Source: an uncultured Planctomycetales bacterium
Lineage (GTDB): Bacteria; Omnitrophota; Gorgyraeia; Zapsychrales; JBDRMG01
Direction: 5' to 3'
Length of the DNA stretch: 64,000 nucleotides
Assembly: GCA_964478715.1 (NCBI GenBank)
Contig: CAYZIY010000005.1
Location: forward strand, 19,832-83,831
The notes beneath the pieces are model-generated. The model saw only the letters and a list, made by a program, of their open reading frames with translations. It had not been told where the DNA came from and ran no database searches. The position numbers were made by a program, and so were the translations under genes. This document shows, one piece after another, positions 37,214 through 47,379 of this stretch; position 1 is the first letter of the stretch, and each line of letters begins with the position of its first letter.

Positions 37214-37714
37214 ATGGCAGAAGAAACGCGTTTTGAGCTGGATGACCTATTGTTTATCGCAATGAAGATCGAGAAAAACGGTCAGAAGTATTACCAGACT
37301 CTTTTCCGCAAAACCTCTCATCCGAAGGCAAAGAAATTCTTCCAGCAGCTGGCCCAGGACGAGACCCGCCACGAAAAGGATTTCCTTAAAATATATGATG
37401 AACTGAAGAAAACCCTTCACGATTTCTCCTGTCATTTTCTTGAGAAGATTCCCGTCCTTGTAAAAGTCGCTGATCAAACAGTCTACACGGATAGAAAAAT
37501 GAATGAGATTTTGCGCGGGGCTTTAGACAATCAAGCTCTGGTTGATCTGGCTCTCGAAGCTGAAGATGACAGCGTGCGCTTCTATGAAGAAATGAAAAAT
37601 CTCGTTGACCAGGCTTACAAAGACGTCCTGGATCAGATTATTAATGAAGAGCTGGGACACAAAGAAAAGCTTCTTGAGTTAAGAGAAGAAGCGAATCTCA
37701 ATCTAACCCATTGA
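37214..37714 (+). CDS. ferritin-like/rubrerythrin-family diiron protein
   Basis: Two ExxH motifs (DETRHEKDF, EELGHKEKL) in a four-helix-bundle-like sequence. Confidence 0.5.
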   Translation: MAEETRFELDDLLFIAMKIEKNGQKYYQTLFRKTSHPKAKKFFQQLAQDETRHEKDFLKIYDELKKTLHDFSCHFLEKIPVLVKVADQTVYTDRKMNEILRGALDNQALVDLALEAEDDSVRFYEEMKNLVDQAYKDVLDQIINEELGHKEKLLELREEANLNLTH

Positions 37715-37732
37715 CCCAAAGGAGGTCACGCA

Positions 37733-38077
37733 ATGAAGAAAGCCGTTGTGTTTTTAAGCATTATCTGTTTAGCCGTCGGCATGGGCTTAATGGGCTGTAC
37801 GCAAAAAGCGGCCAGTTCATCAGAAGCCATCAAGCAGGCTGAAACAAAGCAGACGGTTGACGAAAAGGTTGACTATCTTGTTGGTCAAGCCAATGCCTTT
37901 ATCAACAGCCAGGAATTCAATGAGGCAATCAAAACTGCCCAGTATATCCTGAGCAATTTGGATAAAGATTCCGAGAAAGCCAAGAGCATTATCGAAAAGG
38001 CCAAGATGGAGCTTGAGGCAACAGCCAAAAAAGCGGCTGGCGATATGGCGAATAAGCTTGGCTTGGGAAATAACTAA
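37733..38077 (+). CDS. small hypothetical lipoprotein
   Basis: Signal/lipobox LAVGMGLMGCTQ with SD AAAGGAGG. Helical, K/E/A-rich mature part. Confidence 0.45.
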   Translation: MKKAVVFLSIICLAVGMGLMGCTQKAASSSEAIKQAETKQTVDEKVDYLVGQANAFINSQEFNEAIKTAQYILSNLDKDSEKAKSIIEKAKMELEATAKKAAGDMANKLGLGNN

Positions 38078-38126
38078 CTTAACATCACGAATCAAAATCA
38101 GAAATAATCAGAAATAAGGGGATAAG

Positions 38127-39467
38127 ATGGCAAAAAAAGAGTCCTCATTGTTTGCTCGTTTGGTTCAATTTATCAGCGTTGATATCTGGCGGATCAGGAC
38201 AAACAGGCTTCCCAGAACAAAGTCATTGCTCATCAAGCAGCTTCGTATTTTGCTTTTGTCCATCAGGGGTTTTGATGAAGACAAATGCCAGTTGAGGGCT
38301 TCCGCGCTGACATTTTATTCCCTTCTTTCGATTGTTCCGGTAGTAGCCATGGCCTTTGGCATTGCCAAGGGTTTTGGCTTTGAAAATGTTTTAGAGAACC
38401 AGCTTCTTCAGAAATTTCCCGGCCAGCAGGATGTCATCACTCAGATTATCAATTTTGCCCGCTCTATGCTCGAAAATACCAAAGGCGGGGTGGTCGCTGG
38501 CATTGGTGTGGCCATTCTCTTTTGGACGGTTATCAAAGTTTTGGGTAATATCGAAAATTCTTTTAATGATATTTGGGGAATCAAAAAAGGGCGTAGTATC
38601 GGCCGCAAATTCAGCGATTACCTTTCCATCATGTTAATCTGCCCGATTCTCTTTATCATGTCCAGCAGTGTTACCGTGATGATCACAAGTCAGGTGAAAG
38701 TCATCGTTGAAAAAATTGCCTTACTAGGAGCCTTAAGTCCGCTGATCATGGCCCTTCTTAAACTGCTGCCTTATGCCGTGATCTGGATTATGTTCACTTT
38801 TATCTATGTGTTTATGCCCAATACAAAAGTGAACTTCAAAGCCGGACTCTTTGGCGGGATTATTGCCGGGACCATTTATCAAATTGTTCAATGGGCTTAT
38901 ATTACTTTTCAAATTGGGGCATCCCGATTTGGGGCGATTTACGGGAGTTTTGCCGCTCTGCCGCTTTTCCTGATTTGGCTGCAGATGAGTTGGATTATTG
39001 TTTTGTTTGGGGCCGAGATTTCTTTTGCCCAGCAAAATGTGGATACTTATGAATTTGAACCGGATTGCCTGAAAGCCAGTCATTCTTTTAAGAAATTGCT
39101 GGCTCTTCGTATTGTCCAGCTTTGCGTGCGTCATTTTTCCGATGGAGAAAAACCGCCTAATGCCGATGAAATTTCCCAAAAACTGGATATTCCTATTCGC
39201 CTGGTTCATCAGTTGATTTTTGAGTTGACTGAATCGGGGATTTTGGTCGAAGTCAAGATGAACGATCATAAAGATGCGGCTTATCATCCAGCCCGCAATG
39301 TGGAGAGTCTCACGATTAAAGAAGTTGTCCATGCGCTAGAGAGCAGGGGGATAGACGATATTCCCGTGGAAGAGTCCCAAGAGATGGAGAAAATCCAAAA
39401 GGCGCTTAAGGCTTTTGGGGATCTGGTCGAGTCATCCGATCAGAACGTGGTATTAAATCAAATTTAA
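38127..39467 (+). CDS. YihY/BrkB-family membrane protein with C-terminal winged-helix-like extension
   Basis: ASALTFYSLLSIVPVVAMAFGIAKGFG and six TM segments. ~130-aa soluble C-terminal tail. Confidence 0.65.
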   Translation: MAKKESSLFARLVQFISVDIWRIRTNRLPRTKSLLIKQLRILLLSIRGFDEDKCQLRASALTFYSLLSIVPVVAMAFGIAKGFGFENVLENQLLQKFPGQQDVITQIINFARSMLENTKGGVVAGIGVAILFWTVIKVLGNIENSFNDIWGIKKGRSIGRKFSDYLSIMLICPILFIMSSSVTVMITSQVKVIVEKIALLGALSPLIMALLKLLPYAVIWIMFTFIYVFMPNTKVNFKAGLFGGIIAGTIYQIVQWAYITFQIGASRFGAIYGSFAALPLFLIWLQMSWIIVLFGAEISFAQQNVDTYEFEPDCLKASHSFKKLLALRIVQLCVRHFSDGEKPPNADEISQKLDIPIRLVHQLIFELTESGILVEVKMNDHKDAAYHPARNVESLTIKEVVHALESRGIDDIPVEESQEMEKIQKALKAFGDLVESSDQNVVLNQI

Positions 39468-39478
39468 GAAAAAGACCC

Positions 39479-39979
39479 GTGGAACTTTTTGCCCTTGTCA
39501 TTTTATCGATTTCTTTTCTGGTTGGCTTTGCCGCCATTTTTTTTACGACCTTTGGTACGCTCATTATTCTTTTCGGTGCCCTCACCTTTGCTTTATTGAC
39601 CCATTTTTCTATTTTAACCATTGAAAATATGATTATTGTTCTGATTCTTTATGTTCTTGGCGAGGCAATGGAGTATTTTTGCGTCATTGCCGGGGCTAAG
39701 CGCTATGGTGCTTCCAATGCGGCTGTTGTCGGGGCTTTAATCGGCGCTGTCTTGGGAGCAGCAGTCGGCGCTTCTTTTTTGGGCATGGGGTTAGTTATCG
39801 GGGCTTTTACAGGAATCTTTTTGGGTGCTTTTGCAGTGGAATTGATTCTTAAAAAAGACTTGGCCTTGTCTTTAAAGGTGGGAGTGGGAGGTGTTTTTGG
39901 CCGCGTGGGATCTGTAGTTGCAAAGGTCTTTATTGCCTTGGCGATGACGGGATACTGTGTTTATTTTATCCTTCATTAA
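39479..39979 (+). CDS. DUF456-family membrane protein
   Basis: Gly/Ala-zipper TM helices: EAMEYFCVIAGAKRYGASNAAVVGALIGAVLGAAVG...GAFTGIFLGAFAVE. Confidence 0.5.
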   Translation: MELFALVILSISFLVGFAAIFFTTFGTLIILFGALTFALLTHFSILTIENMIIVLILYVLGEAMEYFCVIAGAKRYGASNAAVVGALIGAVLGAAVGASFLGMGLVIGAFTGIFLGAFAVELILKKDLALSLKVGVGGVFGRVGSVVAKVFIALAMTGYCVYFILH

Positions 39980-40331
39980 GGAGAGGAAAATGAAAGAGAA
40001 TCTGATATTAATGATTTCAATGGCTATCCTGAGTTTGGGTTTGACAATAAACGGCTGGGCTCAAACAAAGTATCAAGACGGTATTTATCAGGCCAAAGAC
40101 CTCATGGTCAATGTTGAAGTGACGATAGAAAACGGTCGGATTGCAGAGATCAATATTCTAAAGCATCGCGGCGGCGGAGAAAAATATGAAGAAATGATAA
40201 GACCCCTGATTGAAAAGATGATCGAGAAACAATCAACAGATGTGGATGCGGTCACCGGGGCTACAGTCAGCAGCAAAGCTCTCAAAAATACTGTGACCGA
40301 GGCGCTTCAGAAAGCGCAAACAATACCATGA
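39957..40331 (+). CDS. secreted FMN-binding domain protein
   Basis: Signal peptide. DGIYQAKDLMVNVEVTIENGRIAEINI...VDAVTGATVSSKAL (FMN_bind; the Thr in TGAT is the usual flavinylation site). Confidence 0.65.
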   Translation: MFILSFIKERKMKENLILMISMAILSLGLTINGWAQTKYQDGIYQAKDLMVNVEVTIENGRIAEINILKHRGGGEKYEEMIRPLIEKMIEKQSTDVDAVTGATVSSKALKNTVTEALQKAQTIP

Positions 40332-40819
40332 AAACCCTTATTGTTTACTATTCCTTTGAAGGAAATACGGAATTTATTGCCAAAGCCATGGCTGAGGCCA
40401 TCGGCGCCGACCTTCTCAAATTACAACCCAAAAAAGAAATTCCAACCAAAGGCTTCATGAAATATTTTTGGGGTGGGCGTCAGGCCATGATGAAGATGAA
40501 GCCGGAGCTTCTCCCGCTTGAGAAAAATCCTGCTGATTATGATTTTATTATTTTAGGGACACCCGTTTGGGCTTTTACTTATTCTCCGCCTTTGGCGACA
40601 TATTTTTCGCAGAGGCCTTTTAAAAATAAGCGTATAGCCTTATTTTGTTGTCACGGAGGAGGAAAGGCCGGGACTTTGAGAAATATGAAAGAGGCTCTCA
40701 AGGGAAATACTTTTGTGGGTGAAATCGATTTTATAGAGCCGCTAAGAGGCAAAACACAGAAGAAGAAAGAAATGGCGGTTGACTGGGTGAATCATTTATC
40801 GAGAGAGATGACCGCATGA
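40328..40819 (+). CDS. flavodoxin-family protein
   Basis: MKTLIVYYSFEGNTEFIAKAMAEAIGADL...DFIILGTPVWAF. Confidence 0.7.
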   Translation: MKTLIVYYSFEGNTEFIAKAMAEAIGADLLKLQPKKEIPTKGFMKYFWGGRQAMMKMKPELLPLEKNPADYDFIILGTPVWAFTYSPPLATYFSQRPFKNKRIALFCCHGGGKAGTLRNMKEALKGNTFVGEIDFIEPLRGKTQKKKEMAVDWVNHLSREMTA

Positions 40820-42303
40820 ATCAAAAGAAAAAGAAAAATGTGGCGGTTGTTGGCGCCGGAGTTGGAGGCCTGGCAACGGTTGCTCGCCTTGCCTCGCGAG
40901 GCTATCAGGTAGATGTCTATGAAAAACTGCCCGAATGCGGTGGGCGGGCCCATATGATCGAGGATCAGGGGTTTAAATTTGACACCGGCCCGTCATTTGT
41001 TTTAATGCCGGATTTCTTTAGAGAAGTTTTTACCTATTGCTATGAGAATATTGAAGATTATCTGACACTTAAGAAATTGGATTGTCATTACAAAATATTT
41101 TATCCCGACCGAGAAACATTATCGGTTTACAGCGATACGGAAAGGACAAAGCAGGAGATAGAACAGATTGAGCCGGGAGGGAGTCAGGCTTTTGAAGGCT
41201 TTCTTAAAGAATCAAAGCGGTACTACAGAGTTGTTGAGCCGCTATTATATCGCTATTTAAAGCCGAGCGATATTGTTTCACCGGATATTTTAAGCCTCAT
41301 TATTAAACTCAAAGTTTGGCAATCTTATTGGCAGCTGGCCAAAAAATATTTCAAAAATGAGCGCATCTGCTATGCCTTGACTTTTGAAGCGATGTTTATC
41401 GGTGTGTCTCCTTTTAAGACACCGAGTTTTTACAGCATCATCACTTATGCGGATCATATTCAGAAAATCTTTCACCCTATGGGGGGAATGTATGAAATTC
41501 CTCTGGCTTTAGAGAAATTGGGTAAGAAATTTGGAGCACGCTATCATTACGGAAAGGAAATTAAGAAGATCACAACTCATAACGGCTCTGTGAAGCTTCA
41601 CCCACAGGAGGGTAATGATATCCCTACGGATCGTGTTGTGATTAATGCAGATTACTCTTATTCCCAGGAAACTCTGCTTAAGAGAAAGCTGCCAAATTTC
41701 ACTTATTCCTGCTCGGTTTTTCTGTTATATCTGGGGCTAAAAACCAAGGTGCAAGGAATTGAGCATCATAATCTTTTTTTCTCGTCTGATTTGCGAAAGA
41801 ATTTGGAGCAAATTTTCGATACGAAAATTTCACCGGAAGATCCATCTTTTTATGTTCATGTCCCGACGGTGACCGATCCAGGTTTAGCGCCTGAAGGGAA
41901 AGATTTGTTTTATATTCTGATTCCGGTCGCCAATCTTCAGAATCAAAAAGAGATTTTTGATAAGTATCGGGATCAGTTGAGATCCTTGATCTTTTTCAAG
42001 ATCAGAGAACAGACCGGGATTAACCTGGAAGATTTAATCGAAGTGGAACATCATTTTATTCCGCAGGATTTTATTGGTCGATATAATATTCAATATGGAG
42101 CCACCTTTGGCTTGGCCCACTCGTTTGCTCAAAGCGCTTTCTTTCGACCCGGCAATCAAGATCGTCGATATTCTAATATCTACTATGCCGGAGCCAGTTC
42201 GCAGCCCGGCGGTGGTATTCCGCCAGTGATAGCGAGTTCACGCATTGTTGCCGATTTAATTTCTAAAGAAGACCGACCTATTTTAGTTTCCGAAGGTACT
42301 TAA
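40816..42303 (+). CDS. phytoene desaturase-family FAD-dependent oxidoreductase (CrtI/CrtN/HpnE-like)
   Basis: VAVVGAGVGGLATVARLASRGYQVDVYEKLPECGGRA. C-terminal YYAGASSQPGGGIPPVIASSRIVADLI. Confidence 0.8.
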   Translation: MNQKKKKNVAVVGAGVGGLATVARLASRGYQVDVYEKLPECGGRAHMIEDQGFKFDTGPSFVLMPDFFREVFTYCYENIEDYLTLKKLDCHYKIFYPDRETLSVYSDTERTKQEIEQIEPGGSQAFEGFLKESKRYYRVVEPLLYRYLKPSDIVSPDILSLIIKLKVWQSYWQLAKKYFKNERICYALTFEAMFIGVSPFKTPSFYSIITYADHIQKIFHPMGGMYEIPLALEKLGKKFGARYHYGKEIKKITTHNGSVKLHPQEGNDIPTDRVVINADYSYSQETLLKRKLPNFTYSCSVFLLYLGLKTKVQGIEHHNLFFSSDLRKNLEQIFDTKISPEDPSFYVHVPTVTDPGLAPEGKDLFYILIPVANLQNQKEIFDKYRDQLRSLIFFKIREQTGINLEDLIEVEHHFIPQDFIGRYNIQYGATFGLAHSFAQSAFFRPGNQDRRYSNIYYAGASSQPGGGIPPVIASSRIVADLISKEDRPILVSEGT

Positions 42304-43117
42304 CGATATTTTGTGTTGTCTCATCGGGCGTAGAAGCTCCTGCCGTTACACCGATGGTATCCAATTTTTTAAACCATTGTCGATCGATATCTTTCACTGA
42401 TTGGATCCAGTAGCTTCTGGCATTCAACACTTTTGAAATTTGGTAGAGTCTTTTTGTATTGGCGCTATGTTTAGAGCCGATAATGATCATCACATCATTC
42501 TCAAGAGGCAAAGTTTTGATTTCGGCCTGTTTGGTTTGTGTTGGCCGGCAGACGGTGTTAAAAAACTTTAAGTTTTTAATCAGAATCCGCAGTTTGGCGA
42601 CTATTTGGCTGACTTTTTCGATATTTTGAGTGGATTGCACAACAACGGCCGCTTTTTTCAGGCGTCTAACTTTTTGCACGGGGATATCTTCTGGCCGGTC
42701 AATAACGATAGCTTTTGTCTTTAATTGGCCCAGAATCCCAAGAACCTCGTCATGTTTATGATCTCCGATGATGATAATCCGGTAACCCCGATGCTCTTGT
42801 TCTCGGACGATTTTATGGATTTCCTTGACCATGGGGCATGTGGCATCAACCAGAGAATAGCCAAGGACTTTCGCTTGGCGGTAAATCTTTTTTGGAGCTC
42901 CATGAGCACGGATCAAAAGGGTTTTACCTGTTCCTTTTTTCAATGATTTGATATTTTTAATACCAGCGGCCTTGATTTGCTTAACCACATCTTCATTATG
43001 GACAATATGACCAAGCATCTCCACATTTTGCCTGGATTGAATTGTCTTTAAAGCCAGGTTGATGGCCCGGGTCACTCCGAAACAGAAACCGGCGGATTTC
43101 GCCAGACGAATTTTCAT
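42278..43117 (-). CDS. ispH: 4-hydroxy-3-methylbut-2-enyl diphosphate reductase
   Basis: MKIRLAKSAGFCFGVTRAINLA, with conserved Cys in ATCPMV and the NTVCRP region. Confidence 0.85.
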   Translation of the reverse strand: MKIRLAKSAGFCFGVTRAINLALKTIQSRQNVEMLGHIVHNEDVVKQIKAAGIKNIKSLKKGTGKTLLIRAHGAPKKIYRQAKVLGYSLVDATCPMVKEIHKIVREQEHRGYRIIIIGDHKHDEVLGILGQLKTKAIVIDRPEDIPVQKVRRLKKAAVVVQSTQNIEKVSQIVAKLRILIKNLKFFNTVCRPTQTKQAEIKTLPLENDVMIIIGSKHSANTKRLYQISKVLNARSYWIQSVKDIDRQWFKKLDTIGVTAGASTPDETTQNIVKYLRKLK

Positions 43118-43998
43118 CGGTATTCTCCTTTACGAAAGACATTAAAGGTCAAAAAAAGCTTTTCACAGAAGCTGGTATGAGCCCTTTGTGAAAAGATGTC
43201 GTATTTATTTCTTTCTATGGCTGATAGGATTCCGGCATAAATATCTTTCATCAGACAGACCACAAAACGGCAGCGGGAGTTGCTGATAAAAGGGGTTCCT
43301 TTAAGAGCACTGGCATAATAGAGTCGGGCCCGTTCGATCTGGAATTTCATAAAATCTTCCCAAGCTTTGGTCACTTCGCCGTTTCTAATAATATTCTTAT
43401 CTATGTGGAATTCCTGAAGATCATCCCGGGGAAGATAAAGTCGTTTCATGTCCCAGTCTTCCTTAATATCTCTTAAAATATTGGTTAGCTGCATGGCGAT
43501 TCCCAAGTCAATAGCCGCCTCTTTTGCTCGGGGATCAGCCGAGCCGAAAATCTTCAGCATAATCAGACCCACCACACCGGCCACATGGTAACAATATTTA
43601 TATAAATCATGAAAATCCGCAAAAGAGGTGTTCTCTAAATCCATTTTCATTCCCAGAAGAAGATCATCAAAGTAGCGATAAGGGATTTTGTAATCACGGA
43701 CTGTTTTTCGAAAAGCCGCACACAAAGGTTGGGTTAAAGGTTTTTTTTCATAAGCGTCTCTGATACGGGTTTCTATTTCTTTTAGCTTTTTTTGAGCGGA
43801 TAGATGTGTTTGCTGATTATCGACGGAAGAATCAGAGATTCGGCAAACGGCATAAACGGCATAAGAGGCCCTTTTTCTTTGAGGATCAAGCCAGTGGGAA
43901 GCAAAATAAAAGCTTTTGGCGTGTTGTTTGGTGATGTGGACAGCTTGTTGATAGCCTTTTTGAATAAGTCTTTCAGGATTTTCGGCCATGGGGCTCAT
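43114..43998 (-). CDS. squalene/phytoene synthase family (CrtB/HpnD-like)
   Basis: YAVCRISDSSVD-like first Asp-rich region, YCYHVAGVVGLIML and ILRDIKEDWD (second DxxxD-type motif). Confidence 0.8.
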   Translation of the reverse strand: MSPMAENPERLIQKGYQQAVHITKQHAKSFYFASHWLDPQRKRASYAVYAVCRISDSSVDNQQTHLSAQKKLKEIETRIRDAYEKKPLTQPLCAAFRKTVRDYKIPYRYFDDLLLGMKMDLENTSFADFHDLYKYCYHVAGVVGLIMLKIFGSADPRAKEAAIDLGIAMQLTNILRDIKEDWDMKRLYLPRDDLQEFHIDKNIIRNGEVTKAWEDFMKFQIERARLYYASALKGTPFISNSRCRFVVCLMKDIYAGILSAIERNKYDIFSQRAHTSFCEKLFLTFNVFRKGEYR

Positions 43999-44084
43999 TG
44001 TATCTCACAACAGAGACAAACGCAATTTTTTTCAAAATGATGCTTTTTCTGTTAAAATACTCTACCAATCGAGGGGGTAATGAG

Positions 44085-44783
44085 ATGTTTACCTATTTGC
44101 TTATCAATCTGGCTACCGTGTTCATTCCCTTAGCACTTTCTTTTGAAAGCCGGATTCGGTATTTCAAGAAATGGAAATATGTGGCGGCATCAACAGCCAT
44201 TGTCGGATTTTTCTTTATTGTCTGGGACAGTTTTTTTACCCAATGGGGCGTTTGGGGATTTTCTCCTGCCTATTTGATCGGCATCACTTTTTTCCATCTG
44301 CCTTTAGAAGAGATCCTTTTTTTCTTTTGCGTTCCGTTTTCCTGTATTTTTATCTATGAGCTTGTCTGCCATTTTGATCGCGACGTTATCTTAAAATCTC
44401 TGGCACGTCCGTTAACTATAGGATTGGCAGTCGTTCTATTGATCTTGGGTTTTGTTTTTCTCCATAAAGTTTATACCTCGATCACTTTTCTTTTGCTCGC
44501 TTGGTTGCTTGTCATTCATTTTTTTCTCTTAAAGAAGGAGTATATAGCTCATTTTTATTTAGCCTATGCTATCAGCGTTATTCCTTTTTTACTTGTTAAC
44601 GGAGTTCTCACAAACGGTATAGGTTTTATTAGCAAGAATCCGGTTGTCTGGTATAACAACGCGCAGAATTTGGGACTGCGCTTGATGGGAATTCCTCTCG
44701 AAGATTTTTTCTATTCCTTGCTTCTTCTTTTAAGCAATATTACGATTTACGAATATTTTAAGGGAAGGGAATACAAAGCATGA
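44085..44783 (+). CDS. lycopene cyclase domain protein (two tandem CrtYcd-type domains)
   Basis: MFTYLLINLATVFIPLALSFESR start after the SD GAGGGGG. ~7 TM helices with a PLEE motif. Length fits a fused heterodimeric-type cyclase. The ORF-track start at 43998 is rejected. Confidence 0.6.
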   Translation: MFTYLLINLATVFIPLALSFESRIRYFKKWKYVAASTAIVGFFFIVWDSFFTQWGVWGFSPAYLIGITFFHLPLEEILFFFCVPFSCIFIYELVCHFDRDVILKSLARPLTIGLAVVLLILGFVFLHKVYTSITFLLLAWLLVIHFFLLKKEYIAHFYLAYAISVIPFLLVNGVLTNGIGFISKNPVVWYNNAQNLGLRLMGIPLEDFFYSLLLLLSNITIYEYFKGREYKA

Positions 44784-45652
44784 GAGGGATGTGGATCGTT
44801 GTATGGCTTTTGGGGATAGCTTCCCCGTGCCTGGGGCTGGAATGGATCCAGCTGCATAATAAGGCAAATGATCAAAATAGAGCCTTTTCTCAAATCACAG
44901 CAAATTCACCCACGATAGAGCAACGGTATATTCTAGCCTTAAGCTATCTCAATCGCTATCAGATCGAAAAGGCAAAGGCGGAATTTGAGAAAATGCTCGA
45001 TGAGAAGCCGGATCTAATGGAGGCTCGCTGGGGAATAGCGGAGATCTTAAGAAGGGAACACAAATATAGACAAAGCAGAGAATTGTTAAAGGACCTGTTA
45101 AAAGAGGATTCCACATTTGCCCCTGCCTGGATGACCCTGGCCTATATCCATTATATTCAAATGGACTTTAAAGAAACCGCACGCCTAACCGGCAAGGTTA
45201 TTAATTTTGGTCAGGACAATGTCGATGAAATGAATTTTATTAGGGCCCACGGACTTTATGCAGCCGCCAAGGGGATGATCGCCCATTACGGTGGTCCCTT
45301 TTTAAAAGCAATTAATGGGGCAGCTGTTTTGAAGCATCTAGCTATCATTCGAAGAATCGATCCTGATTCTCCTATCGCGACTTTTGGTTACGGGAGTTAT
45401 TATATGTTGATTCCGGAAATTTTTGGCAGAGATTTAGAAAAATCAAAGATATATCTTGAGGAAACAATCAAAAATGATCCATTTTTTCCTGATCCCTATG
45501 TTCGATTAGCCCAGATTTATAAGTTTGAGGGGAACCAAAAAAAGTATGAGGAGTTGATCCAAAAGGCTTTGAGTCTGGATCCCAGAAACGAGTTGGCTTT
45601 GGATATCCAGAGCCGTAGCTGTAAATATATTTGCCTGAAGAAGGAAAAATGA
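44780..45652 (+). CDS. secreted TPR-repeat protein
   Basis: Signal peptide WIVVWLLGIASPCLG, then TPR-like helical repeats. Confidence 0.5.
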   Translation: MRGMWIVVWLLGIASPCLGLEWIQLHNKANDQNRAFSQITANSPTIEQRYILALSYLNRYQIEKAKAEFEKMLDEKPDLMEARWGIAEILRREHKYRQSRELLKDLLKEDSTFAPAWMTLAYIHYIQMDFKETARLTGKVINFGQDNVDEMNFIRAHGLYAAAKGMIAHYGGPFLKAINGAAVLKHLAIIRRIDPDSPIATFGYGSYYMLIPEIFGRDLEKSKIYLEETIKNDPFFPDPYVRLAQIYKFEGNQKKYEELIQKALSLDPRNELALDIQSRSCKYICLKKEK

Positions 45653-46764
45653 AAAGAATCATTATTATCGGCGGGGGATTTGCTGGATTAAGTGCTTTAC
45701 GCACAATCGGTAGGTTTCATAAGGATTTTGAAATCACATTAATCGATCAGAAAGAAACCTTTGATTTTCTTCCACTTTTGCCAGATATAATAGGCCGGAG
45801 GATCTCTCCTCGGTATTTAACTTATTCTCTTAGGGATATTACCAAGACCTGCGGGGCAAAATTCCTGAAGGGAAAGGTCGCATCTATTGATTTTGCTAAA
45901 AAAGAAGTGGCCGTCGAAAATCAAACAGTCGATTACGATTATCTGATCATTGCCGCCGGGGGCAACACAACTTTTTACGGACAGAAGGAGCTGCGTCAGA
46001 ATACTTATATTTTGAACTCGGTGGAAGATGCAAAGAAACTAGATGCAGAAATACGAAATCGGAATTATAAAAAATATTGTGTGATCGGAGGAGGTTATAC
46101 CGGAATCGAGATTGCCTCGAATATCAAAAGATATTTAAGATTACAGAAAATTGAAAAAGAAGTGATGATTATCGAGAAAGCTACGTCGATTTTGGGTCCA
46201 CTGGCTCCATGGATGAAGGACTATACTGAAAAACATGTTCGCAAGATGGGGATCGAGATTCGATGTGACAGCGGACTTAAAGAATATAACGGCCATACAG
46301 CCAAGCTGGCAACCGGAGAAGAATTATCCGATGCTTTTGTGGTTTGGAGCGCGGGGGTAACAGCCTCGGATTTTATTGCCGATCTTGATATAGACAAAGG
46401 ATCGCAGGGCAGAATCAAAGTTGATGAGTATTTACGATTCTCGGATGATTGCTATGCCGCAGGGGATGCGTCACTGGTAACTATCGATAAAAAACCTTTG
46501 CGGATGGCTGTTCAATTTTCCATTGTTCAGGGAAAAACCGCTGCCTGCAATATTATCGCTCAAGATCAAAATCGTCCCTTAAAGAAATACAAACCAGTGG
46601 ATCTTGGGTATGTCGTTCCTATCGCCAATAATAAATCATGCGGAAAAATGCTGAATATCAATGCCCGAGCGCCGATTACAACCTGGCTGCATTATCTGAT
46701 GTGTCTTTACCGCAGTTATGGAATGCGAAATAAGTGGGGTATTTTACGAGATCTTTTTAGATAA
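45649..46764 (+). CDS. NDH-2-like FAD-dependent pyridine nucleotide-disulfide oxidoreductase
   Basis: KRIIIIGGGFAGLSALRTI and a second GxGxxG in KKYCVIGGGYTGIEIASNI. An alternative start exists at 45631. Confidence 0.65.
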   Translation: MKRIIIIGGGFAGLSALRTIGRFHKDFEITLIDQKETFDFLPLLPDIIGRRISPRYLTYSLRDITKTCGAKFLKGKVASIDFAKKEVAVENQTVDYDYLIIAAGGNTTFYGQKELRQNTYILNSVEDAKKLDAEIRNRNYKKYCVIGGGYTGIEIASNIKRYLRLQKIEKEVMIIEKATSILGPLAPWMKDYTEKHVRKMGIEIRCDSGLKEYNGHTAKLATGEELSDAFVVWSAGVTASDFIADLDIDKGSQGRIKVDEYLRFSDDCYAAGDASLVTIDKKPLRMAVQFSIVQGKTAACNIIAQDQNRPLKKYKPVDLGYVVPIANNKSCGKMLNINARAPITTWLHYLMCLYRSYGMRNKWGILRDLFR

Positions 46765-46809
46765 TTTTCTTCATTCAAAATTATTAGCTGAACTTTAAAA
46801 GATTCTACG

Positions 46810-47379
46810 ATGCTTTATTGGTTGGCAAAACTTACTTCTTTTTGTTTTTTTAAGCTATTTTTTAATATTGAGCTAAAAGGGCAAGGAAAAATACCATCCA
46901 AAGGCCCGTTCATTTTAGCGGCCAATCATCTCAGTTATTTTGATCCCCCTCTTGTGGCAACATTTATCAGATGCAGGATATGTTTTCTGGCGAAAGAAGA
47001 ACTTTTTCGCAACTGGATTGGCCGGATATGTTTTTCACAACTCGGAGCGATTCCCTTAAAACGTCAGACGAATGATTTTAGGGCCATGCGTTTGGCTTTG
47101 GCATTATTGAACAAAAAGCCGCTTTTAATCTTTCCCCAGGGAGTGATCAAAGCCGCTTGGGATGATTTTCATGCGGGGGTCGGATTCTTAGCCCGACAAT
47201 CCTCGGTGCCCGTTATGGCGGCCCGCATTTATGGGGCACAACATATTCTTCCCCTTAGAGAGTGTTTCAGGCAAAAAAAGAAGATCAAAATTGTTTTTGA
47301 TTGGGTTGATAATATTCAGCCCGAAGATAACAATCAGATTATAGCCAACAAGGTCATGGAAAAAATCAAAAGCCTTTGA
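46810..47379 (+). CDS. plsC: 1-acyl-sn-glycerol-3-phosphate (lysophospholipid) acyltransferase
   Basis: HX4D motif AANHLSYFDPP and LLIFPQG. Its stop overlaps the start of the downstream megaprotein. Confidence 0.75.
   Translation: MLYWLAKLTSFCFFKLFFNIELKGQGKIPSKGPFILAANHLSYFDPPLVATFIRCRICFLAKEELFRNWIGRICFSQLGAIPLKRQTNDFRAMRLALALLNKKPLLIFPQGVIKAAWDDFHAGVGFLARQSSVPVMAARIYGAQHILPLRECFRQKKKIKIVFDWVDNIQPEDNNQIIANKVMEKIKSL

Noticed and set aside
43998-44084. Upstream ATG (43998) offered as the start of the lycopene-cyclase-domain ORF
   Set aside because: It would overlap the divergent synthase gene start. It lacks an SD. The downstream ATG at 44085 has a GAGGGGG SD, and the protein then begins with the family-typical MFTYLL motif.
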